The notes under the pieces were generated by a model. That model saw only the letters and a list, made by a program, of their open reading frames with translations, was not told the DNA's origin and made no database searches. From Myxococcales bacterium (GTDB lineage Bacteria > Myxococcota_A > Polyangia > Palsa-1104 > SHYY01): 64,000 nt of DNA. Below are positions 20,540-29,489 of this stretch, piece by piece. The stretch is taken from contig SHYY01000010.1 of NCBI GenBank assembly GCA_009692555.1, positions 20 to 64,019 on the forward strand, in the 5' to 3' direction. How positions within the stretch are numbered: the stretch's first letter is position 1; every line of letters starts with the position of its first letter. The position numbers were made by a program, and so were the translations under genes.

Positions 20540-20770
20540 ATGGCCAAGATGATCCAGATCCGGCACGTGCCGGACGAGCTGCACCGCAAGCTCAAGGTCC
20601 GCGCAGCCGCGGCGGGGATCTCGCTCTCGGACTACCTCCTCGGGGAGGCCCGCCGCAGCGTCGAGGTTCCGACCCGCGAGGAGATCCTCGATCGGCTCGC
20701 GCGTCTGCCTCCGGTGCGGGTGAGCGACCGGCCGGCCGCGATCCTGCGTGCCGAGCGCGACCGGCGGTGA
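20540..20770 (+). CDS. vapB: ribbon-helix-helix antitoxin (VapB/FitA-like)
   Basis: 76 aa. IQIRHVPDELHRKLKVRAAAAGISLSDYLL is an RHH motif. Its stop overlaps the GTG of the PIN gene (GTGA at 20767-20770). Confidence 0.75.
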   Translation: MAKMIQIRHVPDELHRKLKVRAAAAGISLSDYLLGEARRSVEVPTREEILDRLARLPPVRVSDRPAAILRAERDRR

Positions 20771-21162
20771 TCGTCCTCGATGCCTCCGTGGTGATCGAGC
20801 TGCTCCTCGGGCTGCCCGCCGCGGCCGCGATCGGGCGGCGCCTCGCAGGCGGCCCATCGCTCCACGCCCCGCACCTGCTGGACATCGAAGTCGCCCACGT
20901 TCTCCGTCGCTACCACGCCGTGGGCGAGCTGGGCTCGGCGCGAGCCGCGGCCGCCTTCGACTCCCTGGCCGCGCTGGGCATTGTTCGCCATTCGCATCAG
21001 CTTCTCCTCCCGCGGATCTGGCAGCTCCGGCACAACCTCACCGCCTACGACGCCGCCTACCTGGCGCTCGCCGAGGTGCTCGCTGCCCCGCTGCTCACCC
21101 TCGATGCAGGCCTCGCAGCGGCGCCGGGTCATCGGGCCCGGATCGAGCTCATCGAGGGCTGA
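20767..21162 (+). CDS. vapC: PIN-domain toxin (VapC-like)
   Basis: 131 aa from GTG 20767. VIVLDASVVIELL...(D)...TAYDAAYLALAE...LLTLD carries the PIN acidic residues. Confidence 0.75.
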   Translation: MIVLDASVVIELLLGLPAAAAIGRRLAGGPSLHAPHLLDIEVAHVLRRYHAVGELGSARAAAAFDSLAALGIVRHSHQLLLPRIWQLRHNLTAYDAAYLALAEVLAAPLLTLDAGLAAAPGHRARIELIEG

Positions 21163-21195
21163 GGCAGGCGGGGACAATCGAGTCCCCAGGTGGAC

Positions 21196-21243
21196 GTTCC
21201 CGTTCCCGTTCCCGTTCCCGTTGCCGTTGTCGTTCCCGTTCCC
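21196..21243. repeat. hexanucleotide microsatellite (GTTCCC)n, 8 units with two variants
   Basis: GTTCCC x4, GTTGCC, GTTGTC, GTTCCC x2, read directly from the sequence. A second related array (GCCGTT/GCCGTC) lies at 21491-21523. Confidence 0.9.
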
Positions 21244-21300
21244 GGGCACGCCACCGCAGCAGCGGTGAAGACCTCGATTGCCCGTGGAGGCAGCGACCGG

Positions 21301-21581
21301 GGGTGTGATCCAGAGTGATCGGGGGCCGTTCTTCGAGCAGGGGAAACGAGCAACGTGCACGCCGGAACAGCCACCCCAGGGAGGCTCCTACCGAGGGCCG
21401 GCGATCACACCCGCGACCGAGGGGTGTGATCCAAAGTGCTCGGTGGGCGCGCTGCCGCGCCACCTCTGGATCTTCGGTTGCTCCCGCTCTGCCGTTGCCG
21501 TTGCCGTCGCTGTCGCCGTCGCCGAGGGGGCGGGCGGCCGGTCTCGGCGGATACCTCTACCGAGGCTCCGCGATCACACCC
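21301..21581. repeat. two tandem palindromic-ended (MITE/REP-like) units
   Basis: Unit 1 spans 21301-21412 and unit 2 spans 21422-21581. Each begins GGGTGTGATCCA.AGTG and ends CTACCGAGG....GCGATCACACCC. Each is bracketed by GCGACCGG / GCGACCGAG / GCGACTGAG. Confidence 0.7.
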
Positions 21582-21648
21582 GCGACTGAGTCGCTCCTTG
21601 ACATGCAGATGGAGGCCATCCATCGTATGCATCGGGAGGCCGATCCAC

Positions 21649-21843
21649 ATGCGCACGACGCTGAACATCGACGATCGGGCGCTCGCGGAGGCCATGGCCT
21701 GCGCGCCTGGGCGGACCAAGACCGACGTGATCAACGAGGCGCTGCGGGAGTTCGCGCGGAAGCAGCGTCGCAAGGGACTGCTCGCGCTCCGCGGCAAGGT
21801 CGCCTGGGCGGGCGATCTGGATCGCCTCCGCAAGCGAGCGTGA
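21649..21843 (+). CDS. vapB: type II antitoxin (VapB, DUF2191-like)
   Basis: 64 aa from ATG 21649. MRTTLNIDDRALAEAM...TKTDVINEALREF is typical of the antitoxin partner of PIN toxins. Confidence 0.75.
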   Translation: MRTTLNIDDRALAEAMACAPGRTKTDVINEALREFARKQRRKGLLALRGKVAWAGDLDRLRKRA

Positions 21844-21853
21844 GGATCCTGCC

Positions 21854-22264
21854 GTGAGGATCCTGGTCGACACGTCGGTGTGGGTCGACTTCTTCAACGG
21901 CCATCGCTCGCGCGAGGCAGACACGCTCGCTCGCTGCATCGAGGAGCGCGAGGACATTGCCACCTGCGGCGTCATCCTCGCCGAATTTTTCCAGGGAATC
22001 CGGCGTCGCGAGGACCTGCGGGCGCTGGAGGCCTACTTCCGCGAGATGCCCTCCCTCGCGCCCCGCGATCCCGACACCTACCTCGCCGCCGCGGCGCTCT
22101 TCCGCAACCTCCGCGCGAAGGGCGTGACCGTCCGCTCGACGATCGACTGCCTGATCGCCCGCCTCGCCGAGGAGCACGACACGCTGATCCTGGCGCGGGA
22201 CCGCGATCTGGCGGCGATCCTCGGCTCCGGCCTCTGCAGGGCGCGCCCGGCGCACGTCCTCTGA
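21854..22264 (+). CDS. vapC: PIN-domain toxin (VapC-like)
   Basis: 136 aa. MRILVDTSVWVDFF...VILAEF...STIDCLIARLAEEHDTLILARDRD carries the PIN acidic residues. Confidence 0.8.
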   Translation: MRILVDTSVWVDFFNGHRSREADTLARCIEEREDIATCGVILAEFFQGIRRREDLRALEAYFREMPSLAPRDPDTYLAAAALFRNLRAKGVTVRSTIDCLIARLAEEHDTLILARDRDLAAILGSGLCRARPAHVL

Positions 22265-22315
22265 TTTTGACGTCGGGGGCCCCGTGCCAGGACATGGGTA
22301 ACAGATCTCCGCCAC

Positions 22316-22915
22316 GGGTGCTTGACGGAGAAGGGGGTCCCTCCGCTCACGTAGTCGTAGTCGTAGTCGTAGTCGATTCAGGGGCACTCGCGCGCGGGGG
22401 ATGACCTCTCCGGCACAAGCGCGTGAGCATCTCCACGATGCGGGTCAGCAACTCCATGGCCTGTCGCCGAGTGTCTTCCAAGGCGAGTTGCAGGACCGCA
22501 AAGGCATCCACGATCGCCTTGCACTCCATCGGGAGCCCCGGGCGATGCTGTAGAAGCGGGCGCCATCCGGCGCTCCGAACCGGCCCGCTCCCTCGGCGAT
22601 GTTCCAGGGGATGGAGAGAGAGCGCCGCACGTTTGAGCTCTTCGGTGAGAAACGAGTTCCCCCTGGGGGCGCTCGTCGCGATCTGCGACGCAAGGGCGAG
22701 GAACTCGATGGCGCGGCGATAGACGTCGAGCTTCTGGTCGGCCAGCAGGGGCATCCTCACTTTGAGGCCAGGGGGGTCGGTTGGCAGGAGGAATTTGTTG
22801 CGGGAGGAAGTTCGATTGCCGTCGCTGCGGACGGGACGACTACGACTACGACTACGACTACGACCACGTGACGAGCAAGAGCCAGCAAGAGGGCCCCCTC
22901 CGCTGTTAAGCACCC
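22316..22915 (-). mobile_element. 600-bp non-autonomous element with TIRs, a 9-bp target duplication and a four-helix-bundle cargo gene
   Basis: Ends are GGGTGCTTGAC...GTTAAGCACCC. Perfect 9-bp direct repeats CTCCGCCAC lie at 22307-22315 and 22916-22924. Subterminal (GTAGTC)4 lies at 22351-22374 and (GACTAC)4-5 at 22838-22867. A second, shorter copy lies at 16788-17123 in the opposite orientation. Confidence 0.8.
22347..22754 (-). pseudogene. four-helix-bundle protein (23S rRNA intervening-sequence protein family), apparently frameshifted twice
   Basis: ATG at 22754. MPLLADQKLDVYRRAIEFLALASQI... and ...ECKAIVDAFAVLQLALEDTRRQAMELLTRIVEMLTRL lie in one frame. The family core SIPWNIAEGAGRFGAPDGARFYSIARGS lies in another frame (ORF 22445..22693). 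Confidence 0.7.
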
Positions 22916-23050
22916 CTCCGCCACGACATCGGTGACGCCTCTATAGCTGAGCGTGGTAGGAAGCGGGGCGGTTGATTCGGCCCCCGTTCCGGGGTATACC
23001 GGCGCCTCCCCAGGTGGCCCCGTCAGCGACGGGAAAGGCGATCCCACTCG

Positions 23051-25753
23051 ATGAGCACTCTGGAAGGCATCCGAACCCCGGTCGCGATCGAGGAGGAGAT
23101 GAAGTCGTCGTTCATGGATTACGCCATGAGCGTCATCATCTCCCGCGCGCTCCCCGACGTCCGCGACGGCTTGAAGCCGGTCCATCGCCGGATCCTCTAC
23201 GCGCAGCAGCAGCTCTCGAACTTCTGGAACCGCCCCTACATCAAGGCCGCGCGCGTGGTCGGCGAGTGCATGGCCAAGTACCACCCGCACGGCGACGCGT
23301 CGATCTACGACGCCCTGGTGCGCATGGCGCAGGACTTCTCGCTGCGCTACCCGCTCGCCGACGGGCAGGGCAACTGGGGCTCGGTCGACGGCGATACCGC
23401 GGCGGCGATGCGCTACACCGAGGTGCGGCAGGCGCGGATCACCTCCGAGTTGATGCAGGACATCGACAAGGAGACCGTCGACTGGACCCCGAACTACGAC
23501 GAGAAGGAGCTCGAGCCGCGGGTCCTCCCGGCGCGCGTCCCGAACCTGCTGGTCAACGGCTCGACCGGGATCGCGGTCGGCATGGCGACCAACATTCCGC
23601 CGCACAACCTGACCGAGGTGATCGACGGCTGCATCGCCCTCGCCCGCGACCCGAGCTTGACCACCCGTGACCTCTGCAAGATCGTCACGGGCCCCGATTT
23701 CCCGACGGCGGGCTTCATCTACGGCCGCGCCGGGATCCGCCAGGCCTACGAGACCGGCCGCGGATCGATCGTCATGCGCGGGCGGGCGACGATCGAGGAG
23801 AACGCCAAGGGGCGCTCGGCGATCATCGTCACCGAGATCCCCTACATGGTGGTCAAGTCGCGCTGGTTGAAGGCGGTCGCCGATCTGGTGAAGGAGAAGG
23901 CGCTCGAGGGGCTCTCCGATATCCGCGACGAGTCCGACCGCCAGGGAATGCGTGTGGTGTTCGAGCTGAAACGCGACGCCGTCCCCGAGGTGGTGCTGAA
24001 CAACCTCTACAAGCAGAGCGCGCTGCAGCAGTCGTTCGGCGTGATCATGCTGGCGATCGTCGACGGGCGGCCGAAGGTGCTGACCCTCCGCGACGCGCTC
24101 CACCACTTCATCGAGCACCGCCGCGAGGTGGTGACGCGGCGCTCGGTGTACGAGCTCCGCGAGGCGAAGGCGCGCCAGGAGATCGTCGAGGGGCTGGCGG
24201 TCGCCGTCGACAACATCGATCGGGTGATCCAGATCATCCGCTCCTCGGCCGATCCGGAGATCGCCCGGGACTCGCTGTGCGCCGAGCCGCTGGTCGGCCT
24301 GACCGAGTTCCTGCGCCGCGCCGGGCGCCCCGAGACGGAGATCGCCCTGCGCGCGGAGAAGGGCGACTACTTCCTCTCCGAGAGGCAGGCGCAGGCGATC
24401 CTCGAGATGCGCCTCGCGCGCCTCACCGGCCTCGAGCGCGACAAGCTCGCCTCCGAGTTCCGCGAGCTGGGCGTGACCATCGATGGCCTGGAGGGCATCC
24501 TCGGCGACGAGGCGAGGCTGATGCAGGTGGTGATCGATGAGCTGACCGCGCTGCGCGATCAGTACGGCGACGCGCGGCGCACCGAGATCGTCGACGACGA
24601 GGGCGAGATCTCGATCGAGGACATGATCGCCGATGAGGACAACGTCGTCACCGTGTCGCACGCCGGGTACGTCAAGCGCAACCCGATCTCCGACTACCGC
24701 GCACAGAAGCGCGGCGGGCGCGGCGTGACCGGAGCGGCGCCCCGCGAGGAGGACTTCGTGGCGTCGCTGTTCGTGGCGTCGACGCACGATCACCTGCTCC
24801 TCTTCACGTCCAAGGGGCGGGCCTACTCGAAGCGCGTCTACGAGTTGCCCGAGGGATCGCGCGCCGCGCGGGGCCGGGCCCTGGTCAACCTGCTCAACCT
24901 CCAGGAGGGCGAGCGCGTCGTCGAGATGCTGGCGCTGAAGGAGTTCCCGGCGGAGGTGGAGGTCGGCCCGGAGGCAACCGGCGAGGAGGCGCCCGAGGTG
25001 GGCCCCTGCGTCTTCTTCGCGACCAAGAAGGGGGTGGTGAAGAAGACCCCGCTCTCGGCCTTCGCCACTATCCGGGTGACCGGGATCATCGCCCTCACCA
25101 TCGACGACGGCGACGACCTGATCGAGGCGCGCATCACCGACGGGAAACAGCACATCCTGCTCGCCTCGCGCGGCGGCAACGCGATCCGCTTCCCCGAGGA
25201 GAAGGTGCGCCCCATGGGCCGGAACGCGCGCGGAGTCCGGGGCATCGGCCTCCGCCCGCGCGATGAGCTGGTCGGGATGGCAGTGATCGCCGCCGAGTCG
25301 AACGAGACGCTGCTCACCGTGTGCGAGCGCGGCTACGGCAAGCGCACACCGACGGGGGACTACCCCACCAAGAACCGCGGCGGCCTGGGCGTGATCACCA
25401 TCAAGACCACCGAGCGCAACGGCAAGGTGGTCGGGGTGCGCATCGTCACCGACGAGGACGACCTGATGATCATCACCAGCGGCGGCAAGGTGATCCGCAT
25501 GCCGGTCGACGGGATCCCGACGCTGGGGCGCAACACGAAGGGGGTGCGGCTGGTGCGGCTCGAGGCGGGCGAGGGCGTGGTGGCGGTCGATCGGCTGGCC
25601 GAGCGCGACGAGGACGAGGCGCGCGGAAAAGCCGAGGTGGAGGTGGTGCCGGGGCTGGAGGATCTGGGCGACGAGTCGACCGACGCTGTGGTGGACGGGG
25701 AGATCGACGACGGGCCGACGATGAAGGTCCCCGACGACGGCGAGGACGAGTAG
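23051..25753 (+). CDS. gyrA: DNA gyrase subunit A
   Basis: 900 aa. [26 protein letters not shown]...KYHPHGD...AAMRYTE are canonical GyrA motifs. C-terminal beta-pinwheel repeats and an acidic tail. Confidence 0.97.
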   Translation: MSTLEGIRTPVAIEEEMKSSFMDYAMSVIISRALPDVRDGLKPVHRRILYAQQQLSNFWNRPYIKAARVVGECMAKYHPHGDASIYDALVRMAQDFSLRYPLADGQGNWGSVDGDTAAAMRYTEVRQARITSELMQDIDKETVDWTPNYDEKELEPRVLPARVPNLLVNGSTGIAVGMATNIPPHNLTEVIDGCIALARDPSLTTRDLCKIVTGPDFPTAGFIYGRAGIRQAYETGRGSIVMRGRATIEENAKGRSAIIVTEIPYMVVKSRWLKAVADLVKEKALEGLSDIRDESDRQGMRVVFELKRDAVPEVVLNNLYKQSALQQSFGVIMLAIVDGRPKVLTLRDALHHFIEHRREVVTRRSVYELREAKARQEIVEGLAVAVDNIDRVIQIIRSSADPEIARDSLCAEPLVGLTEFLRRAGRPETEIALRAEKGDYFLSERQAQAILEMRLARLTGLERDKLASEFRELGVTIDGLEGILGDEARLMQVVIDELTALRDQYGDARRTEIVDDEGEISIEDMIADEDNVVTVSHAGYVKRNPISDYRAQKRGGRGVTGAAPREEDFVASLFVASTHDHLLLFTSKGRAYSKRVYELPEGSRAARGRALVNLLNLQEGERVVEMLALKEFPAEVEVGPEATGEEAPEVGPCVFFATKKGVVKKTPLSAFATIRVTGIIALTIDDGDDLIEARITDGKQHILLASRGGNAIRFPEEKVRPMGRNARGVRGIGLRPRDELVGMAVIAAESNETLLTVCERGYGKRTPTGDYPTKNRGGLGVITIKTTERNGKVVGVRIVTDEDDLMIITSGGKVIRMPVDGIPTLGRNTKGVRLVRLEAGEGVVAVDRLAERDEDEARGKAEVEVVPGLEDLGDESTDAVVDGEIDDGPTMKVPDDGEDE

Positions 25754-25755
25754 CG

Positions 25756-27030
25756 ATGGGCAAGCGATCGGCGGAGCTGTTCGAGCGCGCGCGGCGGGTG
25801 ATCCCGGGCGGGGTCAACTCGCCGGTGCGGGCCTTCAAGTCGGTGGGCGGCGAGCCGCTGTTCATCGCCCGCGGAAGCGGCGCCTCGCTGTGGGACGTCG
25901 ACGGGAAGGAGTACGTCGATTACGTCGGATCGTGGGGGCCGCTCATCCTCGGGCACGGCCACCCCGAGGTGCTGGAGGCGATCCTGCGCGCCGCGGCCGA
26001 CGGGACCAGCTTCGGCGCCCCGACCGAGCGCGAGGTGGTGTTCGCGGAGCTGCTCTGTCGCGGGGTACCGTCGATGGCCAAGGTGCGCCTCGTCTCCAGC
26101 GGCACCGAGGCGACCATGTCGGCGCTACGGGCGGCGCGCGGGTTCACCGGGCGCGACAAGGTCGTGAAGATCGACGGCGGCTATCACGGTCACGCCGACT
26201 GCCTGCTGGTCGACGCCGGATCGGGCGTCGCCACCCTCGGAATTCCCGGCTCGGCGGGGGTGACCGAGGGCACCGCGAAAGACACCCTGGTCGTGGCATG
26301 GAACGATCTTGCTGCAATGCAGCAGGTGGTCGAGCGGGGCAATGTGGCGGCGGTGATCGTCGAGCCGGTGTGCGGGAACATGGGCTGCGTGCCGCCGCGG
26401 CCGGGCTACCTGGAGGGGCTGCGCGAAGTGACCGCCCGGCACGGCACGGTGCTGATCTTCGATGAGGTGATGACCGGCTTTCGCGTCGCGTGGGGCGGGG
26501 CGCAGGCGCGCTACGGGATCGTCCCCGACATGACCTGCCTCGGCAAGATCGTCGGCGGCGGGCTCCCGGCGGCGGCCTACGGCGGGCGCGCCGAGATCAT
26601 GGCCTGCATCGCCCCCGACGGGCCGGTCTACCAGGCGGGCACCCTCTCGGGCAACCCGCTCGCCGTAGCCGCGGGGCAAAAGACGCTCGAGATCCTCCAG
26701 CGCCCGGGCACCTACGAGCAGCTCGAAGCGACCGGCGCGCGGCTCGGCGAGGGGCTCCGCGAGGTCGCCCGTTTCTACGGTGTGCCGTTCTTCGGGACCC
26801 GCGTCGGCGCGATGTTCACCGGCTTCTTCACCGACGGGGAGGTGTGGGACTACGCGGGCGCGAAGCGGTCCGACACGAGGCGCTTCGCGGCCTGGTTCGC
26901 CGGCATGCTCGAGCGCGGGATCTACCTCGCGCCGTCGCAGTTCGAGGCCGGCTTCGTCTCGCTGGCGCACGGCGACCGCGCGATCGATCGCACCCTCGAC
27001 GCCGCGCGCGCCGTGATGAAGACGCTGTGA
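25756..27030 (+). CDS. hemL: glutamate-1-semialdehyde 2,1-aminomutase
   Basis: 424 aa from ATG 25756. IPGGVNSPVRAFKSVGG...SWGPLILGHGHP...FDEVMTGFR...GKIVGGG are canonical HemL motifs. Confidence 0.93.
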   Translation: MGKRSAELFERARRVIPGGVNSPVRAFKSVGGEPLFIARGSGASLWDVDGKEYVDYVGSWGPLILGHGHPEVLEAILRAAADGTSFGAPTEREVVFAELLCRGVPSMAKVRLVSSGTEATMSALRAARGFTGRDKVVKIDGGYHGHADCLLVDAGSGVATLGIPGSAGVTEGTAKDTLVVAWNDLAAMQQVVERGNVAAVIVEPVCGNMGCVPPRPGYLEGLREVTARHGTVLIFDEVMTGFRVAWGGAQARYGIVPDMTCLGKIVGGGLPAAAYGGRAEIMACIAPDGPVYQAGTLSGNPLAVAAGQKTLEILQRPGTYEQLEATGARLGEGLREVARFYGVPFFGTRVGAMFTGFFTDGEVWDYAGAKRSDTRRFAAWFAGMLERGIYLAPSQFEAGFVSLAHGDRAIDRTLDAARAVMKTL

Positions 27031-27446
27031 CCCACCGTTGCTGGTGGCTGGCGCCGATCGTCCTCGCCCCGCTGGCGAGCTGCTTCGGGATGTGCGGCCC
27101 GATGAACAACAACGGCCCACCCGATCCCGACTCGTGCGCCGCGCCGTCGACGAGCGGGATCGACGCGGTGGAGATCGGGCTCGGCAACCCCCTCGATGAC
27201 CCGGTGTTCCGGGTCGCGCACGATGGCGATGTGCTGGCCCGGACGTTCGGAGGACAGGGCACCGAGATGGGCGTACTCCGGCTGCGCGTCCGCGGGCCCG
27301 ATCCGCCCGCGTGCATCGACCAATCGATCGAGATCAGCGACGGAGAGGGCAGGCGGATCGGCCGCAACGCCGGGCCGCTGAAGACCTACCTCGACGCGGG
27401 CGGCGGGCGCTCGACGAAGCCCATCTACGTGGTGTTCGAGGGCTAG
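27027..27446 (+). CDS. hypothetical secreted/lipoprotein-like protein
   Basis: GTG 27027 overlaps the hemL stop (GTGA), giving 139 aa. Hydrophobic N-terminus with LASCFG. I recognise no motif. Confidence 0.4.
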   Translation: MTHRCWWLAPIVLAPLASCFGMCGPMNNNGPPDPDSCAAPSTSGIDAVEIGLGNPLDDPVFRVAHDGDVLARTFGGQGTEMGVLRLRVRGPDPPACIDQSIEISDGEGRRIGRNAGPLKTYLDAGGGRSTKPIYVVFEG

Positions 27447-27682
27447 TCCGTGAAGCCGCCACTCCTCTGCACCGCGATCATTGGAACCGTCCGCACGGCC
27501 GTCTACCACGACAGCCGCCCGCCCGACCTCGCCGCATCCCCCGCCGACGCCACCTGCCCGGTCGATCTGGCATCTGACCCGAGGGTGACGGACTGAGGTT
27601 AATCGTTGACTGCGGATCATCGCCGTGTTAATTCGCTCGCCGCTGCAAGGAGAGTAATCACACGGATCCCGACGGAAAGAAG

Positions 27683-27898
27683 ATGTGGCTGCAGGCGACG
27701 AAGTTCAGCTACCTCGGTCTGTTCTTCGGCGTGGCGATCGTCATCGGCTATTTCATCGGACACTGGCTGGATCGCCGGTTCCACACCGACCCCTGGATCG
27801 GGATGGTCGGACTGCTGGTCGGCGTGGCAGCGGGGTTCCGGGAGCTTTACAGGGTGGCACGGCAGTACCAACGGGAGCAGGAGCGCGACGAGAAGTGA
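27683..27898 (+). CDS. AtpZ/AtpR-like small membrane protein of the F0 operon
   Basis: 71 aa with two hydrophobic helices and a basic tail. Lies immediately upstream of the atpI-like gene, atpB and atpE. Confidence 0.6.
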   Translation: MWLQATKFSYLGLFFGVAIVIGYFIGHWLDRRFHTDPWIGMVGLLVGVAAGFRELYRVARQYQREQERDEK

Positions 27899-28326
27899 AC
27901 CTCGAAGGGACCTATCGCAAGCCACCCCGTCCGTCGGCGGGGGTTCATCTGAACGCCGTCGAGCGCTGGACGATGATCCTCGCCGCGCTGGCGATCGCCG
28001 CCGCCGCGGCCGCCACATCGAGGTCGACCGCGTTCGGCGTCACCGTCGGTGCGGGGCTGATGGTGGCCAACGCGATGGTGCTGCGGCGGGTCGGCCAGCG
28101 GGTGCTCCGCAGCTTGAAGCGCCCGGGGATCGCGGTGCTGCTCCTCAACCTCAAGATGGCGGTGCTGATCGGGCTGGTGCTGCTGATCATCAAGTACCTG
28201 CACGTCGATACGCTCGGCTTCCTGATCGGCGTCTCGGTGTTCCCGCTGGCGGTGCTGGTGGCCGCGATCCAGACCGGGCTCGCCGAGTCCGACGCGGATC
28301 CGACCCCTTTGGAGACGGTGGACTAG
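27895..28326 (+). CDS. ATP synthase protein I-like membrane protein
   Basis: GTG 27895 overlaps the upstream stop (GTGA), giving 143 aa with 3-4 hydrophobic helices. Its stop abuts the atpB ATG. Confidence 0.55.
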   Translation: MNLEGTYRKPPRPSAGVHLNAVERWTMILAALAIAAAAAATSRSTAFGVTVGAGLMVANAMVLRRVGQRVLRSLKRPGIAVLLLNLKMAVLIGLVLLIIKYLHVDTLGFLIGVSVFPLAVLVAAIQTGLAESDADPTPLETVD

Positions 28327-29115
28327 ATGGGTGAGGAAACCACCTGGTTCGACTTCCTGCCGGGAGTCGCCAACCTCCACAAGTTCGCCTCGGGCGCCCT
28401 CGGGCGCGAAGAGGGCCAGGGGATGTTCTTCCGCTGGCAGATGTTCGGCGACTCGTACTTCACGCTGGCCCATGTCTTCGGCGCGCTCCTGGTGCTGGCC
28501 TTCGCCATCGTCGCCGGGATGGCCTATCGCAACGCGGTCGCGGGCGGCGGCGAGGCGGCGATCGTGCCACCGGCGCGCTTCGGCCTGCGCAACCTGATGG
28601 AGATGTTCACCGACGCGGTGTTCTCGACGGCGGAGGGGGTGATGGGCGAGCACAACGCCCGGCGCTTCCTGCCCTTCATCGGCGCGCTGGCGGTGTTCAT
28701 CTTCTTCTCCAACACGCTCGCGCTGATCCCGGGCTTCATCCCGCCGACGTCGACGATGAAGACCAACATCGCGCTGGCGATCTCGGTCTTCCTGATCACG
28801 CACATCATGGGCGTGCGGGAGCACGGGGTGAAGTACTTCAAGCACTTCCTCGGGCCGATCCTGGTGCTGGCACCGCTGATGCTGCCGATCGAGCTGGTCA
28901 GCCACATGGCGCGGCCGGTGTCACTGACGCTGCGCTTGATGGGCAACATCGCCGCCGACCACAAGGTCGTCTCGGCGTTCTTTCTCGCGGTGCCGCTGCT
29001 CGTTCCGGTGCCGTTCCTGATCCTTGGCGTGCTGGTGGCCATCGTCCAGACGCTCGTTTTCTGCCTCTTGACGATGGTCTACATCCAGGGCGCTGTCGCC
29101 CACGAAGAGCACTAG
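28327..29115 (+). CDS. atpB: F0F1 ATP synthase subunit a
   Basis: 262 aa. ...SLTLRLMGNIAADH... contains the essential Arg motif. Multi-pass membrane protein. Confidence 0.92.
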   Translation: MGEETTWFDFLPGVANLHKFASGALGREEGQGMFFRWQMFGDSYFTLAHVFGALLVLAFAIVAGMAYRNAVAGGGEAAIVPPARFGLRNLMEMFTDAVFSTAEGVMGEHNARRFLPFIGALAVFIFFSNTLALIPGFIPPTSTMKTNIALAISVFLITHIMGVREHGVKYFKHFLGPILVLAPLMLPIELVSHMARPVSLTLRLMGNIAADHKVVSAFFLAVPLLVPVPFLILGVLVAIVQTLVFCLLTMVYIQGAVAHEEH

Positions 29116-29120
29116 GAGGA

Positions 29121-29462
29121 ATGGACATGAACGCTCGCATCTCGAAGACTCTCGCTGGTCTGTCCGCAGGCGTTGGCACCATGCTGGTCGCCGGCACGGC
29201 CTTCGCCGACGAAGTGGTCACCGCTCACGCCGAGCAGAACAAGTGGATCGCCATCTCCGCCGGCATGGGGATCGCGATCGCGGCCTTCGGCGGCGCGCTC
29301 GGGCAGGGACGCACCGCGGCCACCGCGCTCGATGGCATCGCGCGCAACCCGGGCGCCGCCGGCAAGCTGTTCACCCCGATGATCCTCGGCCTGGCGTTGA
29401 TCGAGTCGCTGGTGATCTACTCGCTGATCATCTCGTTCGCGCTCCTCGGCAAGATCCAGTAG
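29121..29462 (+). CDS. atpE: F0F1 ATP synthase subunit c (with N-terminal extension)
   Basis: 113 aa. GLGQGRTAATALDGIARNP...LGLALIESLVIYSLIISF is a canonical c-subunit hairpin. SD AGGAGGA upstream. Confidence 0.9.
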   Translation: MDMNARISKTLAGLSAGVGTMLVAGTAFADEVVTAHAEQNKWIAISAGMGIAIAAFGGALGQGRTAATALDGIARNPGAAGKLFTPMILGLALIESLVIYSLIISFALLGKIQ

Positions 29463-29489
29463 CGCCGGGCCGCCCGCCGCGAACGGGGG

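Noticed and set aside
21196-21523. Possible CRISPR array, suggested by the regularly repeated short sequences.
   Set aside because: The repeat unit is only 6 bp, with no spacers. There are no 24-40 bp repeats alternating with unique spacers and no cas genes.
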